Origin: Diplonema japonicum
Lineage: Eukaryota; Protista; Euglenozoa: Diplonemea
DNA: 64,000 bases
Direction: 5' to 3'
Assembly: GCA_964019335.1 (NCBI GenBank)
Contig: OZ025693.1
Location: 1-64,000, forward strand
Below, in pieces: positions 1 through 13,150 of this stretch (position 1 is its first letter; the number at the start of each line of letters is the position of its first letter). A program made the translations under genes and the position numbers. Below the pieces are notes generated by a model. That model was not told the origin of the DNA. It ran no database searches and saw only the letters and a list, made by a program, of their open reading frames with translations.

Positions 1-444
1 ATGCAGGGCGTAAAATGCATTTTTAAAATCTTTTTCTTTCTTTCTCCCACGAATGCACTATCAGTATCACTTCACGTCAGCGGCTAGCAACCCTCCCCCT
101 CTTTTTTTTTTTTTTCGAGCAACTTCTTTCCCCGTTTTTTTTTTTCTTTTTTTTTTTTTTTGCTTAGAAAATTTTTCTTTAAAAGGATGAGGACAAAGTT
201 TTTTTTTTTCTTCTTTTCCTATTCTGAAAAAAAAAATCTAAGGGAGGGGGGGGAAAAAAATCGTCATGGTGGAGGGGGGGGAGAAATGTTCGCAACAAAG
301 AACTCCACCAGAAATATTAAAGAGAAAAAAAAAAACTCGCAAGGTAAGGATGACTTCTCTATTTTCTTTCAAGAAAAAAAAAAAGTTAAAACTGTTTTCT
401 TTTTTTTTTTTTATCCCCTAAAAGACCTAGCAGACGTTTTTGTC

Positions 445-481
<37 letters not shown>

Positions 482-1046
482 CTCTTTGCCGGAATTGAAA
501 ACAGTTGTATGCTATTCTTCGAGCATTCAACATCAACAAGTAAAAATGGGGTTATTATCTGTTGAATCGCTGGTCAATAGGGGTTATGAGAATAAAGTCT
601 ACCTTCTCATAAAATAAATTAACAAAACCGTGTATTTTCTTTTCTTTTATTTTATTTTATTTTCTTTTCCCCCTTCTTCAAGATCTATAGGAGCTATCAA
701 CATTCCGGAGGAACCAACAAGGCCCCTCTCCCGCCACTCGATTTTTTTTTTTGCCCTCTTTACTTCTGTGCAATTTAGCGGAAAATATAACCCCCCCCCC
801 CTTTTATTTTTTTGCAGCCCCTCTTTAATGTATATGGTTGAAACGTAGATCAACAAAGATTTTAAAAAAAAAGTAAAGGGCAAATTCCAAATGAACGCTT
901 CCCGTTCAGCCTTGATTTTTCTCATATTAGATAAAAAAAAGAGGGGGGGGAGAGAGAGAAACTAAATGGAAAAGAAAGCAAGAATAAGAATGAGAAAGTA
1001 TCAGTTGTTAATTGGAAAAAAAAAAAAAAAAAAAAAAAAAAAGAAA

Positions 1047-1090
1047 AATTCGATAAATTTTCAGTGAGCAGGGGGGGCTCGACTGTTCAA
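1047..1090 (-). mobile_element. ~45-bp 3'-terminal relic of LINE family 1
   Basis: cgataaattttcagtgagcagggggggctcgactgttca matches 43948-43990 (cgataaaatttcagtgtgcatgggggtgctcactgttca); retains the 3' hairpin; flanked by T-tracts on the minus strand. Confidence 0.7.
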
Positions 1091-2200
1091 GAAAAAAAAA
1101 GAAGAAGAAGAAAAAAAAAAAAAAAAAAAAAAAAAAGGAATAAATGAATAAACAAATAAAATGAAAGAAAGTAAAAAGAATACCAGATCAGAAAAAGAGG
1201 GGGAAAAAAAATTAATAGTCAATAAAATGTTTTTTTTTATTATTGCTTGGATGGAGGCGGGAGTGGGGAGAGTGAAAAGGGGCAGGGGAGGGGGAATCCA
1301 TGGATGAAGCATTTTTTTTTAAAGTTTTTTTTTTACCCCCCCTTTTTTTTTGACCTAAACAAAAAAATGCTTCAAAATTTAACTGAATTGACCTTCCCCC
1401 CGTGCCTTTTTTTTCTTCTTTTTTTTTTTTCCCTGCCCTCTTTCTCTCTCTTTTTCTTTTTTATCCTTTCCTTTTGCTGCGTTCTCCCTATCAAATTAAC
1501 AACCCCCGCCCTATTAAAAGCCCAAAGAAAAAAAAAAAAAAAAAAAAAAAAAAGCGATGTTAAGCGCAAATCTGTAATGGTGCGAGGGGGGAAAGATGTC
1601 TGAGAAGGTCTCGTAAAGGGAAAAAAAAAAAAAAAAAACAAAAAAAAAAAAAAAAACAAAAAAAATAAGAAACCACAAAGAAATCTCACACACCCCGAAT
1701 GAAGGGAAGAAAGAAAGAATAGGTCTTCCAGGTTGAGAAAAATGAGGGGAAGGGAGACAGGAACGAAAGACAGGTAATGAAGTCGGAGAAAAGAAAGAAG
1801 GGAGGGGGGGGGGGGGGGGGAGGGGAGTAGTGAAAAAGAGGAGAAATAGGAGAGAGAGGAGTACGCTCTTACGCAAAAAGAGGGGTAATGAATAAAAAAA
1901 AAAAAAACCCTGGAGTGCACCTGAAACAGTCGCCGTTGTTTTTTTTTTTGTTTCCCCCCCATTTTCTTTTATAAATTTTTTTATTGTTTAAGGTTCCTGA
2001 ACTTATTACGAAAATAAATCCCAATACCACGGTATTTCAAAGATTCGGCCAAACATAATTCTTTATGACTATATATGTCTTTGTTGTTCGCACGAGCAAA
2101 AAAGGGTTTTTAAAAAGCTGCAAAAAACTTCTTGCGCGGAACAAGTTGCACAAAGTTATAAAATCATTTTTTGAAAGATAAATATTTGTAACAAAAAAAC

Positions 2201-2231
<31 letters not shown>

Positions 2232-2277
2232 TTTCAGGTAAGCAAAGACGGGTTATCTTTTTTAAAATTTTGCAATC

Positions 2278-2322
<45 letters not shown>

Positions 2323-2483
2323 CTGTAATCGAAGTGAATGAAATCCTTTTCCCTCTTTCCCTTTATTTTTAAAGTTTTTTTTTATATACCCGCCCCCTTT
2401 TCCCCTCCTCTTTTCTCCTTTTTTTTGATGATTACATAAACAAGAGGTTTCTGTCCATCATAAAAAAAAAAAAAAAAAAGGGT

Positions 2484-2546
2484 TTCATGTCACTGCACAA
2501 AGTCAGACTAGAGTCAAACTCAACAGGGTTTTCATTCCCTGCCGAC
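2484..2546 (-). pseudogene. Isolated fragment of cytosolic LSU (28S-type) rRNA core
   Basis: Minus strand TCGGCAGGGAATGAAAACCCTGTTGAGTTTGACTCTAGTCTGACTTTGTGCAGTGACATGA aligns without gaps to the conserved eukaryotic LSU segment TCAGCGGGGAAAGAAGACCCTGTTGAGCTTGACTCTAGTCTGG..GTGAAGAGACATGA (recalled from memory); no full rDNA context. Confidence 0.75.
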
Positions 2547-2625
2547 AGTTTCATATCGTCCTATGAGGAGGCAAAAAAAAAAAATTACACACTTAATTTA
2601 AGGGAGAGGAAGGGAAAGGAGGAGG

Positions 2626-2669
<44 letters not shown>

Positions 2670-3236
2670 AGCAGGTATTTCTGCATAGCAATGGTGCCAA
2701 GCCAAAGCTAAGACTCAGAAATCGGAGAAAAAAATTGTCCTCTTTTTCCTGTCACCTCCCGGGAGGGGAAAAGTTTATGGGAAAAAAAAAAAAAAAAAAA
2801 AATGATGAGTAACAAACAACAAGGTAACATAACATAAGAGTCGTAGTTTCGTTTGTTTTGCACACACAAATCCTGAGACAAGTGCAGTGCGCTGCCACTA
2901 CTCTTTTTTTTTTTTTTTTTTTTTTTTCTTTTTTTTTTTTTTCATCTTCGGCAGTGTGTTGTTAAAATGCTCTTATTGCAACTTTTTTTAAATCAATGGA
3001 GCCACACCTTTATTCTTTTCATTCTTTTTTTTCTCTCTCTTTTGGCCGGTTACGACCCACACAAAAAGGGGAAATGGGGAAAGCTTATTATTTTTTTTTT
3101 TTGTTGTTGTTGTTATTTCTAGAAAAGAAAGAAGAGAAGAGAAAAAAAAAAAAAAAAAAAAAAAAAAAGCCCTAAAATCGGGTTTTTTCTTTTTTTTTTT
3201 GCATGTTTGTCCTTTCGACCCCCGTACAGGTTTCGT

Positions 3237-3275
<39 letters not shown>

Positions 3276-4832
3276 TGGACAAACTATACAAAGAAAAAAA
3301 TAGCAATAGTAATAATAAAGAGCCACATATCAACACCACGGGAGGGAATGGAAGGAAAAAAAAAAAGACACTTGTGATGCCTGTTGGGCATGTCAGGTTT
3401 GCATTCTTTTAACTCTCAGACTCTCCTCCCAGGCCTAAAAGAACAAAAAGGAAAAAAAAAAAAAGAAAAAAAAAAAAAAACTGAATCAACAAGCGCTACA
3501 AAATCCTCTTGTCCTCCCTTCCCCTTCCTATCTCATTCTCTGCTCTCCCTTAGGAGGGGAAAGGCCCAGGCCCGATGTGCCAATTTGGTGAGAAATATGT
3601 ACCCTTCCCCCCCCCCCCTTTTTTTCCCCCAATTTTAGATTGAGGGAAAAATGAGAAAATGGGGTTTAAAAAAACAAAGAAAGAAAGGTGATCTGATCCC
3701 AACCCCCCCCCCCCCCCCCCCCCACTCCTTTTTTTTCATCTGCGAAACCAAGGTCCTTTGCGCTATCTCAGGGTTTTTAGCAACTCCTTTCTTTTCCCCT
3801 CCCAAAAAAAAAAAAAAAAAATACACCGTACCTACCCTACGTTACAAGGCTGGAGGGAGGAAGGTGAACAAATGGTGCTTAGGGAGAGCAAAAAAAAAAA
3901 AAAAAAAAAAAAAAAAGAAAAAGATCACTGGCTTTTTCACAAGGACGCTTGCAGTGACATAGGTTTTACATTTACAACATTTTTTTTAACTAAAAAAATG
4001 ATATTCTCTTTTGTTTTTTAAAAAAAAAAGGCAGCCTCCTTTTTTTCTCCCCCCCCCAGTAACTATGTTTTTCTTGGGCCCTATTAAGCAAAATGGCATC
4101 AAATGCAGTGTTGAGGTACAGCTGAGGCCAAAATGAAGGGCAAACAAGATAGTTACATGAGGTCAGCTCTCTTCTTTGAAGGACAGAAATAACTGCCAAT
4201 TCCCAAAAAAAAAAAAAAAAATGGGGCCATTTCTCTCTTTGATTCTCCTCTCCCCCCCCTTTTTTTTTGAAAAGGGAAAAAAAGGGGGGGGGAGAGGAGA
4301 AGGAAAAAGTGGACACCGTCTCGAGAAATCGTTTAAATATATTTTTTAGAAAAAGGGGAGGGTTCTGGCTCACACACTGGAAAGGAGGGGAGGGTGCTCC
4401 TTTCCTTACTGCCTTTTTTTCCCCCTCTTCTTTTTTTTTTTTTTTGCTTTTCCTTTTCGATGCAAGGCATTTCCCCTTCCAAATGCAAAGTGCAAATAGA
4501 ACAGGAAGGAAAAAGTGGGAGCGAGAAGTTAACATACAGAGATACATAAGCTCGTCAGAAAGAAAACGGGGAGTAGGGGGGAGAGGGAGGGAGGGGGAAT
4601 GGGAATAGAAAATAATAGTGTAAAAAAAAAATAAAAAATTAACAACTGACCTTTCAAGAAGAAAAAAAAAACGCTTATTCATTTCCTTCCCCCTTCTTCT
4701 TCTTCTTCTTCTTTTTTTTAAAAAATAAAATCGTTTATATATATATTTTTTTGTTTTGTTTTTCGTTTTGATTATTTTTTTTTGTTTTGTTTTGTTGTTC
4801 CCCCCCCTAAAAAAAAGTTCATGTTTCGTCGT

Positions 4833-5520
4833 TTAAGACCAAGCCATCAATGCAGTAATGACATGCTGAATAGTTTTTTTTTTTTTTTTTTTTTTTTTTT
4901 TGATTTCTCATTTCACACACCTCGTTGTCCTCTTTTGGCCTGAAATGAAATTCTTCCTCCTCTTCAGGGATGGGCACCAATGGAGGAAGATCGTGAAATG
5001 AACCCTCAGTGGATAGGATCGAGGCATCGCTCTCCCCGAGGCTGGTGTTCTGGTCAGTGCTGGCATCGGGGGAGTCCCAGGAGTGCAGGTCCCTTCTCCA
5101 CTGCCTGATGTGGTTGTCAAAGCGCCGCTTGCTAATGTTCCAGGAAGCACGAGGTGTCACCACATGCTCAGGAATGGAAAGGTCTCGCCGAAGAACGGGA
5201 ATCGCCTCTGAGTAGTTTAAGTAGCCAGAGGTTTGCTTGCCAAGGGAAATCTGCTTCTCTCTCTGACTCATCTTGTGCATCACCTGTTCGTAGGCAGTGG
5301 TGCCCTTCTCGGGTATTTCAAACTCCGGCAAAGGAGCCGAATCTGTCACTGCCCTCTCCCTCCTCACCACTTTGAGGTTCAGCCCAGGTACCTTCTGCCC
5401 GCTGTGCTTCTCCTTGTGCTTGAAGTTGAACTGGTGTGCGGTGGTGTTACCCACATTGTCGTTAATCGCCCCAAGAGGCATCTTCCTCCCCTTACCCTTC
5501 TGTGCTGTGGTGCCGACCAT
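4833..5520 (-). CDS. SLBP: Histone RNA stem-loop-binding protein (SLBP)-like; one intron 4866-4920
   Basis: SLBP RNA-binding domain QREKQISLGKQTSGYLNY..TPRASWNISKRRFDNHIRQWRRDLHSWD; a 55-nt GTGTGT..poly-A..TTCAG intron gives the end EDNE/HVITALMAWS*. Confidence 0.85.
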
Positions 5521-5768
5521 TTTTTTTTTTTGTTGTGTTTTTTTTCTTTTTTTATTTTTTTTTTTTTCGCCAGACGGTCACAAAAAGTAATTTTCTTTTT
5601 TTGAAAATTATTCTTTCGCAATTTTTCTTCTTCTTCTTTTTTTTTTTTTTTTTTTTTTTGTTCACACGGAAGCATGGATCCATGCTTTGCGGATTTCCCT
5701 TTTCTTTTTTTTTTGTCCCTTCATTTTTTTCAGTCACGCATTTCTTCCTCGAGCGTTTTACAGCAAGG

Positions 5769-5796
5769 GTTGTTGTTGTTGTTGTTGTTGTTGTTG
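5769..5796. repeat. (GTT)n microsatellite
   Basis: Directly visible. Confidence 0.9.
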
Positions 5797-5950
5797 ATTA
5801 GATCAAAAAAACAAGAATTCATTATTGCTTATGTCTTTGATTTGGACAAAAAAAAAACTTTCAAAAAAAAAGAGTTACCCCCTTCCAGCTTTGCCCCGAA
5901 GCCACCCTACAAAAGTAAAAAAAAGCGCTGCTTTTGAATATGGAAAGGGG

Positions 5951-5951
<1 letters not shown>

Positions 5952-5982
<31 letters not shown>
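5952..5982. repeat. (CA)n microsatellite
   Basis: Directly visible. Confidence 0.9.
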
Positions 5983-5984
<2 letters not shown>

Positions 5985-6262
5985 GTTTCTTTTGTGGAAA
6001 AGAAAAAAAACTTTTTAATCGCACGTAAACTGTGTATATAGAAACTTGCACTCCTTCTTTTCTTGATTGTCTATTTGTGTAGGGAGGAGAATACAAAAAA
6101 AAAAAAAAAGAAAAAAAAAAAAAAAGGCGATGTTTAAGGGCAAACCCCACTTGAGGACCACCTTAGGGGGGGGAAGGGTCTATCTTTTGATGCTTCCTTT
6201 TTTGGAGCCCTTGCTTACAGACGATTGATGCAGTCCCTCTTCAGGTCAGCAAAAAAAAATGT

Positions 6263-7570
6263 TCACAAGTCATATCCATAGGTAAAAGAGTGTCTTGTGA
6301 CTGGGACGTTATGCTGTGTGTTCATCACCTCTACAGTACAGGAGCCGTTCTCGCAGCTCCCAAGCAATTTGTTCAACGGTACTGGCTCGCTGTATTCCAA
6401 GCGATGTAAGGATCCGTGATTCTGCTTCACGTAAGGGACAGGGTTAGCCATAAGCTCTGCAATGGGGACCCTCCACGTGGTGGTGTACTCATAAGGCGTG
6501 ATCGTGTGTTTCGGTTTGTAGTGCTCCGTCGTCTGCTGGGGCTTCTTGTCACCTGCAAGAAGCGCCATTAAAGGCTGCTGAGCGAGGTCTGTGGGGACCT
6601 TCTTCTTGAACATGGCGTGCACTACCTTGTACCGTACCACCATCGTTGGCACCATCAGGAACCTGCTGTAGTCCGCGAAGCATGTGTCCTGCCCCTGTGG
6701 TTTCGTCTTTGTCATCACCGGCTTCTCCTTGTTAACAGTGTCCTTTCGATGCTCGAGACACCCTTTAAGGTAGCCTTGCAGCGTTTCCTCCAAAGATGCA
6801 TCGCTAAGCTTGATCTTATGTGTGATGCTGTACCCTTCGATTTTTTGAAGCGCCTCGTCTGTAGTCTGCCTGTGCTTGCCTGTCGCAGCAAGAGGTTTAT
6901 GCCGCACCCTTGGGTGGTACTTGATGCCTTGCTTGGCACCGTCGATGAGCTCACCCAAACATATACACCGCATGCCTGCAGTCTCGCTTTTATAAGTGAC
7001 CGCTATCATGGATCCTTGCAGGGTGCTTCCTTGCGGGATGTGCATTCCTGTGTTGGGAAGAGAAGTGCGGACAGGCGGCATTCTTGGTATTAAGTGGTTT
7101 AGGGTATGTTCGGGGGGGACTACCTCGTGGACTGCAGGGTGCAGCAGGGCGGGGATTACATTGCTGGGTATTCCTATGATCTTGCTGGCGTCAAGCGGGA
7201 AGGGAATCGTGGAGCGTGGGGAGGGGACAGCGTCTTCCTTGTTGCGGAAGACGAACTGTGCCTTAGGGCTGCCCAGGCACGTCCTTTGGCTGTTCTTAGC
7301 AAGCAATCGTTGTATGCTGCCCTCTTCTTTCTCCTTTTTGTCGGGTGTTCTGTGATCGTAGCTTCTGATGGATTGCGCTTCTGCGCTAACTGGCCTTTTG
7401 ACGTCCCCACCCCTCATTAATACCGACCAGAATCGAGGTGCAGGCCTTGCCTGTCCCTGCCCCACTTTTTTTTTCTCGTATGCCTCACCTCGACGGGTGC
7501 TTTCCTTCAGCCCTGCATCGAATGTTTTATGATGCATGTCGAGCTTCAGGTCGATCACGTCCAAATCCAT
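6263..7570 (-). CDS. Hypothetical protein, 435 aa
   Basis: Long ORF of balanced composition, nearly homopolymer-free; ATG preceded by an A-tract like the neighbouring genes; no domain recognised. Confidence 0.75.
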   Translation of the reverse strand: MDLDVIDLKLDMHHKTFDAGLKESTRRGEAYEKKKVGQGQARPAPRFWSVLMRGGDVKRPVSAEAQSIRSYDHRTPDKKEKEEGSIQRLLAKNSQRTCLGSPKAQFVFRNKEDAVPSPRSTIPFPLDASKIIGIPSNVIPALLHPAVHEVVPPEHTLNHLIPRMPPVRTSLPNTGMHIPQGSTLQGSMIAVTYKSETAGMRCICLGELIDGAKQGIKYHPRVRHKPLAATGKHRQTTDEALQKIEGYSITHKIKLSDASLEETLQGYLKGCLEHRKDTVNKEKPVMTKTKPQGQDTCFADYSRFLMVPTMVVRYKVVHAMFKKKVPTDLAQQPLMALLAGDKKPQQTTEHYKPKHTITPYEYTTTWRVPIAELMANPVPYVKQNHGSLHRLEYSEPVPLNKLLGSCENGSCTVEVMNTQHNVPVTRHSFTYGYDL

Positions 7571-8281
7571 TTTTTTTTTTTTTTTTGCTGTTTTCTTTTT
7601 TCTTTTTGAAAAGTTCGGATACTTATAAAAAAAAAAATAATGGAAATAAAAAAGAACGCTACAGCACTAAGGGGTAGTATGTGAGGAGAAGGAAATATAA
7701 AAAAATAAAAAAGACGGGTGGGGGGGGAGAGAGAGAGGGGTGGAGTGATAAGAATGTGGAAGCGGTGGTAAAAAATGAGATGGTAATAAAAAGAAAGAAA
7801 AAAAAAAAGATAGGGGAAAAAGGAGGGAGAGATGGGTATGTACAGAAGTATCTTATGTCTTTTTTTTTTGTTTTTGTTTGTTTTTAACCATCCTTCCCCA
7901 TTTGAAGCTCTGCGGAAGGGAGGCGAGCGGGGCGAAGAGAAAAAAAAAAGGGGGGGAAGGGAGAAGGGAGGGGGTGAAAAAGGAGGAAAAAAAAAAAAAA
8001 AAACAACTGGCATTTTAGCAAAAAGCATATGTTCACATTGACACTGCTAATAAGGCCTGTTGCTGCACTGGAAGACTATCAAAAAAAAGAGGGAAAAAAA
8101 AAAATAACTGAGGTCTAACAGAGGCTGAATGCAAGAGAGGTCCATGCTCAACCCCCACCTGTTAAGAGAGAGAAGAAAAAAAAAAAAAGAAATATAGAGA
8201 AGGGAAAGTTTAAAGAAAAAGTGGCAAGGGTAGGAGGGGAAGGTAGGTATGCATGTGACAATGATACCGAAGAAAAAAAAG

Positions 8282-8324
<43 letters not shown>

Positions 8325-8919
8325 CTCCCCTACTGTTAAAAGGAGACGTGAAAAGGGCAGTGTGAGAGAGTGTGTGCTTCTCTCGAGCAAAACACTGTTA
8401 CTTCAAAGGGGCACCGAACCAGTCCTTAACCGAGACACTCCCGCAGTAGTGGTTTGGCGCCTCAACAGGGGTGGTCTCGTGCACATAGACCGTGTTTACT
8501 TTTTTGTTGTCTTCTTCTTATTCGTTGCAAGTCCCGCAAACCCGCTATCCTTAAGATGCAAAAAATTCTTTTTTTCTTTCTTTCATGTGAACAAGCCCCC
8601 TTTTTATTTATTTTGGAAGAAGGGATTGGGTAGTAAATAAAAAAGTGGAATTGTGGTGCTAGGGCCTGACAGACCTTCCCTTGTCAGTGACTTCTTACAA
8701 AGGAATGGTATCGTCCTAGGTGGGGGAGGGGGGAGGGGGGGAGCAAGCAGGGGAGAGGTAACAAACTAAACCTGAAAGGACCTGACATTTTCTTTTTTTC
8801 CCCCTTCTTTCCCCCCCTCCCTTGGAGACCTCTCGCTTATTAGCTCAGACAGGCAACGAAACAGGCCGAAAAAAAAAAGAAGAGGGGGGTTACAGTATTA
8901 TTTATATTTCATTCCAAGC

Positions 8920-8950
<31 letters not shown>

Positions 8951-10164
8951 ACAGCTTTGGTGGTATTTTTCTTTTTTTTTTTTTCTTTTTTTTTTTTTAA
9001 TGCCCGCAGCATTTTGATCATTATTAAAAAAAGCGTAGCTAGGCAGTTAGACACACGCGCATTGTGTTCGTCCATAAAAAAAAAAAAGATTTGTTTAGAC
9101 ATTAACACTGTAGGTAGAAGCGACCTAGAAGGCAACCTTTAGAAGTAGTTTTCATATGTTTTGAGCCCAGTTTTAGGGCTTCTCGTATGCCACTCCAAAA
9201 AAGAAGGCATGAAACCATCCCCCCCCCCCTTGTTTTTGTTTTTTCTTCTTTTTTTGGCCAAGGTCGCAAAAGACAGAAGAGAGAGCAAAAAAAAAAAAAA
9301 AAAAAAAAAAAAAGAAGAAACCAAATCACAATGAAAAGTGGTAGCAACGGCTTTTTGTTCTTTGTGAGGCTTTCTAAGTGAAAGCCGCCAACAGTCGTTT
9401 ATCTCGCACAGCCAGGTAAAAGGAAAAAGGAGGGAATGGGGGAAAAAAAAAAAAAAGTAAGAGGCAAGGGAGCCAGTGGCAGTTGTTTGCACACATACTT
9501 GCGGGGTCCCCTCTTCATTTTCCAGAATAATAAATAAAAAAAAAAAACGGTAAAGAAACTCTCTTGTTTGCTGGTTTTTTTTTTTTTAAATTCCCCGACT
9601 CGAGTAAAAGGAGAGGAATGATTTCTTTTTGTTTTTTTTTTTCTCCCGCCCCTGAAATTTCACTCCCCCCTTTTTTTTCTTTTTTCTGTTCCCTGATGGA
9701 AGACCTTTTTTTTCTTCCTCCCATTTTAAGTAATTTTCCTCCCGCCCCGAGGGGATGGGAATTAAAAAACAAAAAGAAATGCGGAAAAAAAAAAGAAAGT
9801 ACACGAAAGGTAGGGAACCGCCCCCCCCCCCCCCCCCCCCCCTCCCCCCCAAGAGGCTGAGGTAAATACAGTATTGTTGCTTTTCCTCACAGAAGAAGAA
9901 GAAGTAGAAAAAGTACGATTCTTTTTTTTTTTAAATATTCTTGTGACTTATTGCTCATGTCCAATAACATTCATCACCCGTAACTCCCGGTCTGATAAAT
10001 TCGGGACTTTCATCAGCCAGTCACTTTTCACTCAATTATTTGTAACGGTACATAATGTTCGATACCCCTCCCCCCCTTTTTTTTCCCAAAGGAAAAAAAA
10101 AAAAAAAAAAACTATTTTTGTAGAATATATCGCAGTAAAAAAAAAAAAAAAAAAAAAAAAAAGA

Positions 10165-10476
10165 ATGGGGCTTTGATTGCAACACTAGGTGGCGTTAAGC
10201 GTGCAATGAAGCACGAACTACCTACTTGATTACAGGGGGCGCTCCTCGGCCGAGCAGTAGCTTCTTCTGCGTTCCGCGTCGTGTCCTTAATGCGTGCGGT
10301 GTGCTCAACCCTAGCCAGGGCGTCCCGGGTAACCAAGATTCTGCTGCCTGTTCGTCACCCTGAGCATCTGCGTTACGTTCTTCCACTCGGGCGCTACCGG
10401 TGATGACCGACGAGGAGGTCAACAGCGAACAACACATCTGATGTTTTTCTTATATTTTCATGTTATCCCCACCACC
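10165..10476 (-). mobile_element. SINE-like repeat, copy 1 (tail type A, 15-bp internal deletion)
   Basis: Near-identical to 58488-58815; same 5' boundary as the copies ending at 58815 and 59794; followed by a T-tract on the minus strand. Confidence 0.85.
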
Positions 10477-13103
10477 CAAAGAAAGGTTGATTAGAGTGCT
10501 TTTTTTTTTTTCCTCCTTTTTTTTTTCTTTCTTCTGTCTTTCTTTCTTCTTGAGAGCACGCAAAACTTCCAGGAAGTACACCCCCCTGGAAAAGGCGGGA
10601 GGAAGAAAGGTTTATGACTGGATTACTTGTTTTCCCTCGACTAGGGGGGGGGGGGGTTACTTTTTAGGAGCATTATTACTGGGGGGGGGGGGGGGGGAAT
10701 CCCTTTAATTCCTTATTGGCACACAGGCCATTTATGGGTCAGTAGAGGGGGGGAGGGGAAGGGTACTTTGTGGGAGGAAGAATAATAAATACCACAAAAA
10801 GAGAAATACCGGGTGCAAATGGAAACTATTGATGTTTTCTGCAAAAGGTCACACAGGGAGCCATCGTGACAAGTTAGCGATCGCCCCTACTTTGGAAAAA
10901 CCTCAATAATTCGTACCGAAGGTGGGGGTTGGGGGTGGATAGTTTTATTCTATAATAACTATTATGGTTTCTTTCATTTTTTTTTTTTGAAAAAAAAAGT
11001 GCTTGCTGCCCTATTCTTTCCTAAGTTTTAAAAGACAAGCAACTGCACTTTAAAATAAGGCATGACTCTTTTCCTCCCTGTTCTTTTTTTCTTTTTTCCT
11101 TCTTTCTTTTTCCTTTTTCCCCCCCCTCCATTCTCCATAGTGCATTGTCATTGCTTCTGCATTGGCAAAAAAAAAAAAAAAAAAGAGAAGTGAAATAGAA
11201 AAAAAAAAAAAAAAAACAAAAAAAACAGAGAGTCAGAAAAAAATAAAAATAAAAATACAATACCTTTGAAGAAACTTACAAGTCCACCACCCTCCCAATT
11301 TCCCTTTTTTTTTTTTTTTTTGCGTGTGTGAGAGTGTATCTTGATCATTTGTTGACATACAACCTGCCTATCCAATAAAAAAAAAAAGAAGAAAAAAAAA
11401 AAAAGAAAGGTAAATAGCTCAGGTCTATTGCGCCTTTCCCTTGATAGACACGTCACAGCGCGTACCTTCTAGCTAGTGCCTCCCCCCCCCCTTTTTTCCT
11501 CTACCCTAGTTGGACAACAACTAATGGAAGAGGCATACTTCTTTTTTTATATTTTTTTTTCTGTGATCGTAGCGCGACCGTCAGGAAAGAAGAGAGATAA
11601 AGGGGAAAAAAGAAGGGGGAGGAAAAAAAAAAAACCAAAAATGGACTGGGCACATCTTTGAAGGATGGAGAATAAATAAAAAACAGGGGCTTTCTCCCCC
11701 CCTTTTTTTATTTTCTTCTTCTCTCCCCTCCCTTGTTTCAAAATGAAAGGGAGACAATGGCCCAAAATAACTGACAGAAAAAAGGGAAGAAGAATAAGAA
11801 AGGAAAAAAAAAAAAAAAAAAAACTTAAAAAAAAAAAAAACTGTGCTTTTGACTTTTTTTTTTTTTTTTTTTTTTTTTTTACCTCTTCCACCAATAAGAA
11901 AAGGAAATCCAGAGGGCACAGTAGGTATCAACACCAACAGTAACATTTGTTAAAATATGGCTGTGGCTATGAATACCTCGTTGCGCCCCCCCCCCCCCCC
12001 CCCCCATCCATCCCTTCTTCTTATTCTTTCTTTCTTTTTTTTTTTGTCGTTGCGTGCAAATTACTTCTAAACTAATCAGGGGGGTTTTTTTTTTCTTTTT
12101 CTTTTTCTGTTTAAATTACTCTTTTTACTCATTTAAAAAAAGAATAAAAAGAATACTAGGGCAGCATACAAACAGTGGTTTTTCTTTTTTTTTTTTTTTT
12201 TTTTTTGTCTTTACTACCCCACCACTGCTGTGTCCCTGTTAACCTTTTTTTCCCCCTCTTTTTTTTTTTTATTTTCTTCTGGGAAGGCGCAAGAACGTTC
12301 CGCCTTTTACAGTTTCGTGATGCTTTTGCATCTGGACTGTACGGACCACCACTCTTTTTTTTTTCTCTTTCCTCCTCTTTTTATTTTCCCCGATGTGGAC
12401 AACAAAGGAGGAAAGAAGAAAAAAAAAGAAAACTAAACAGATGAACACGAGAGGGGATAAGAAGGGAGAGAAAAGAAGAAAAGAAAAAGGAAAGAAGAAT
12501 AAAAAAAATCGACAAAACAGAATACTATGCTGTATAAAAAAAAAATAAAAATAAAAAGAAGAAGAAGAAAAAAGGAGGAGAGGGAAAACTATGGGGAAGA
12601 GGGGGGGGGGGGGGGGGATGAATTCTTCTTGGAGAAAAAACAAAAAAACAAAAACAAAAACAAAAACTGGGCTGCAAGGGAGAAGAAAAAAAAAAAAAAA
12701 AAAAAAAAAAAAGGTTCTTACTATGTACACCAGGTTACATCTCCCTCCTCCAGTTGCCGTGTTGTGCTTAAAGGTACTGGAAGGGCGTTAGCTTCCTACT
12801 GGCACAGAGCCTATGTGGTATTAACATCCACAGGTTTCTGAAGCCAGTTTCTTTCGGAGAGATACCCCTCACTTGAAGAAAAAAAACGAGGGAGAGGTTT
12901 ACATGCACTTTTCTGGATGTTATTTCTGAACCCGGTAGAGAACCTGAGAACCCTTGATGGAGCCCCTTTGAAGGGGCACGGGGTGGGGAGGTGGAAAATC
13001 AAATATTTGATTTACAAAAAAAATTACAGTCCTTGCGTCCCACATTTTTTTTATTTTATTTTTATTATTCTTTTTTTTAAGAGAGCTGCTCAGAATTTAA
13101 GGG

Positions 13104-13150
<47 letters not shown>

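Noticed and set aside
10399-10442. GTGATGA..CTGA in the repeat, resembling a box C/D snoRNA or a hammerhead core
   Set aside because: Too short for a C/D guide, on the strand opposite the inferred transcript, no terminal stem, and no CUGAUGA/GAAA core
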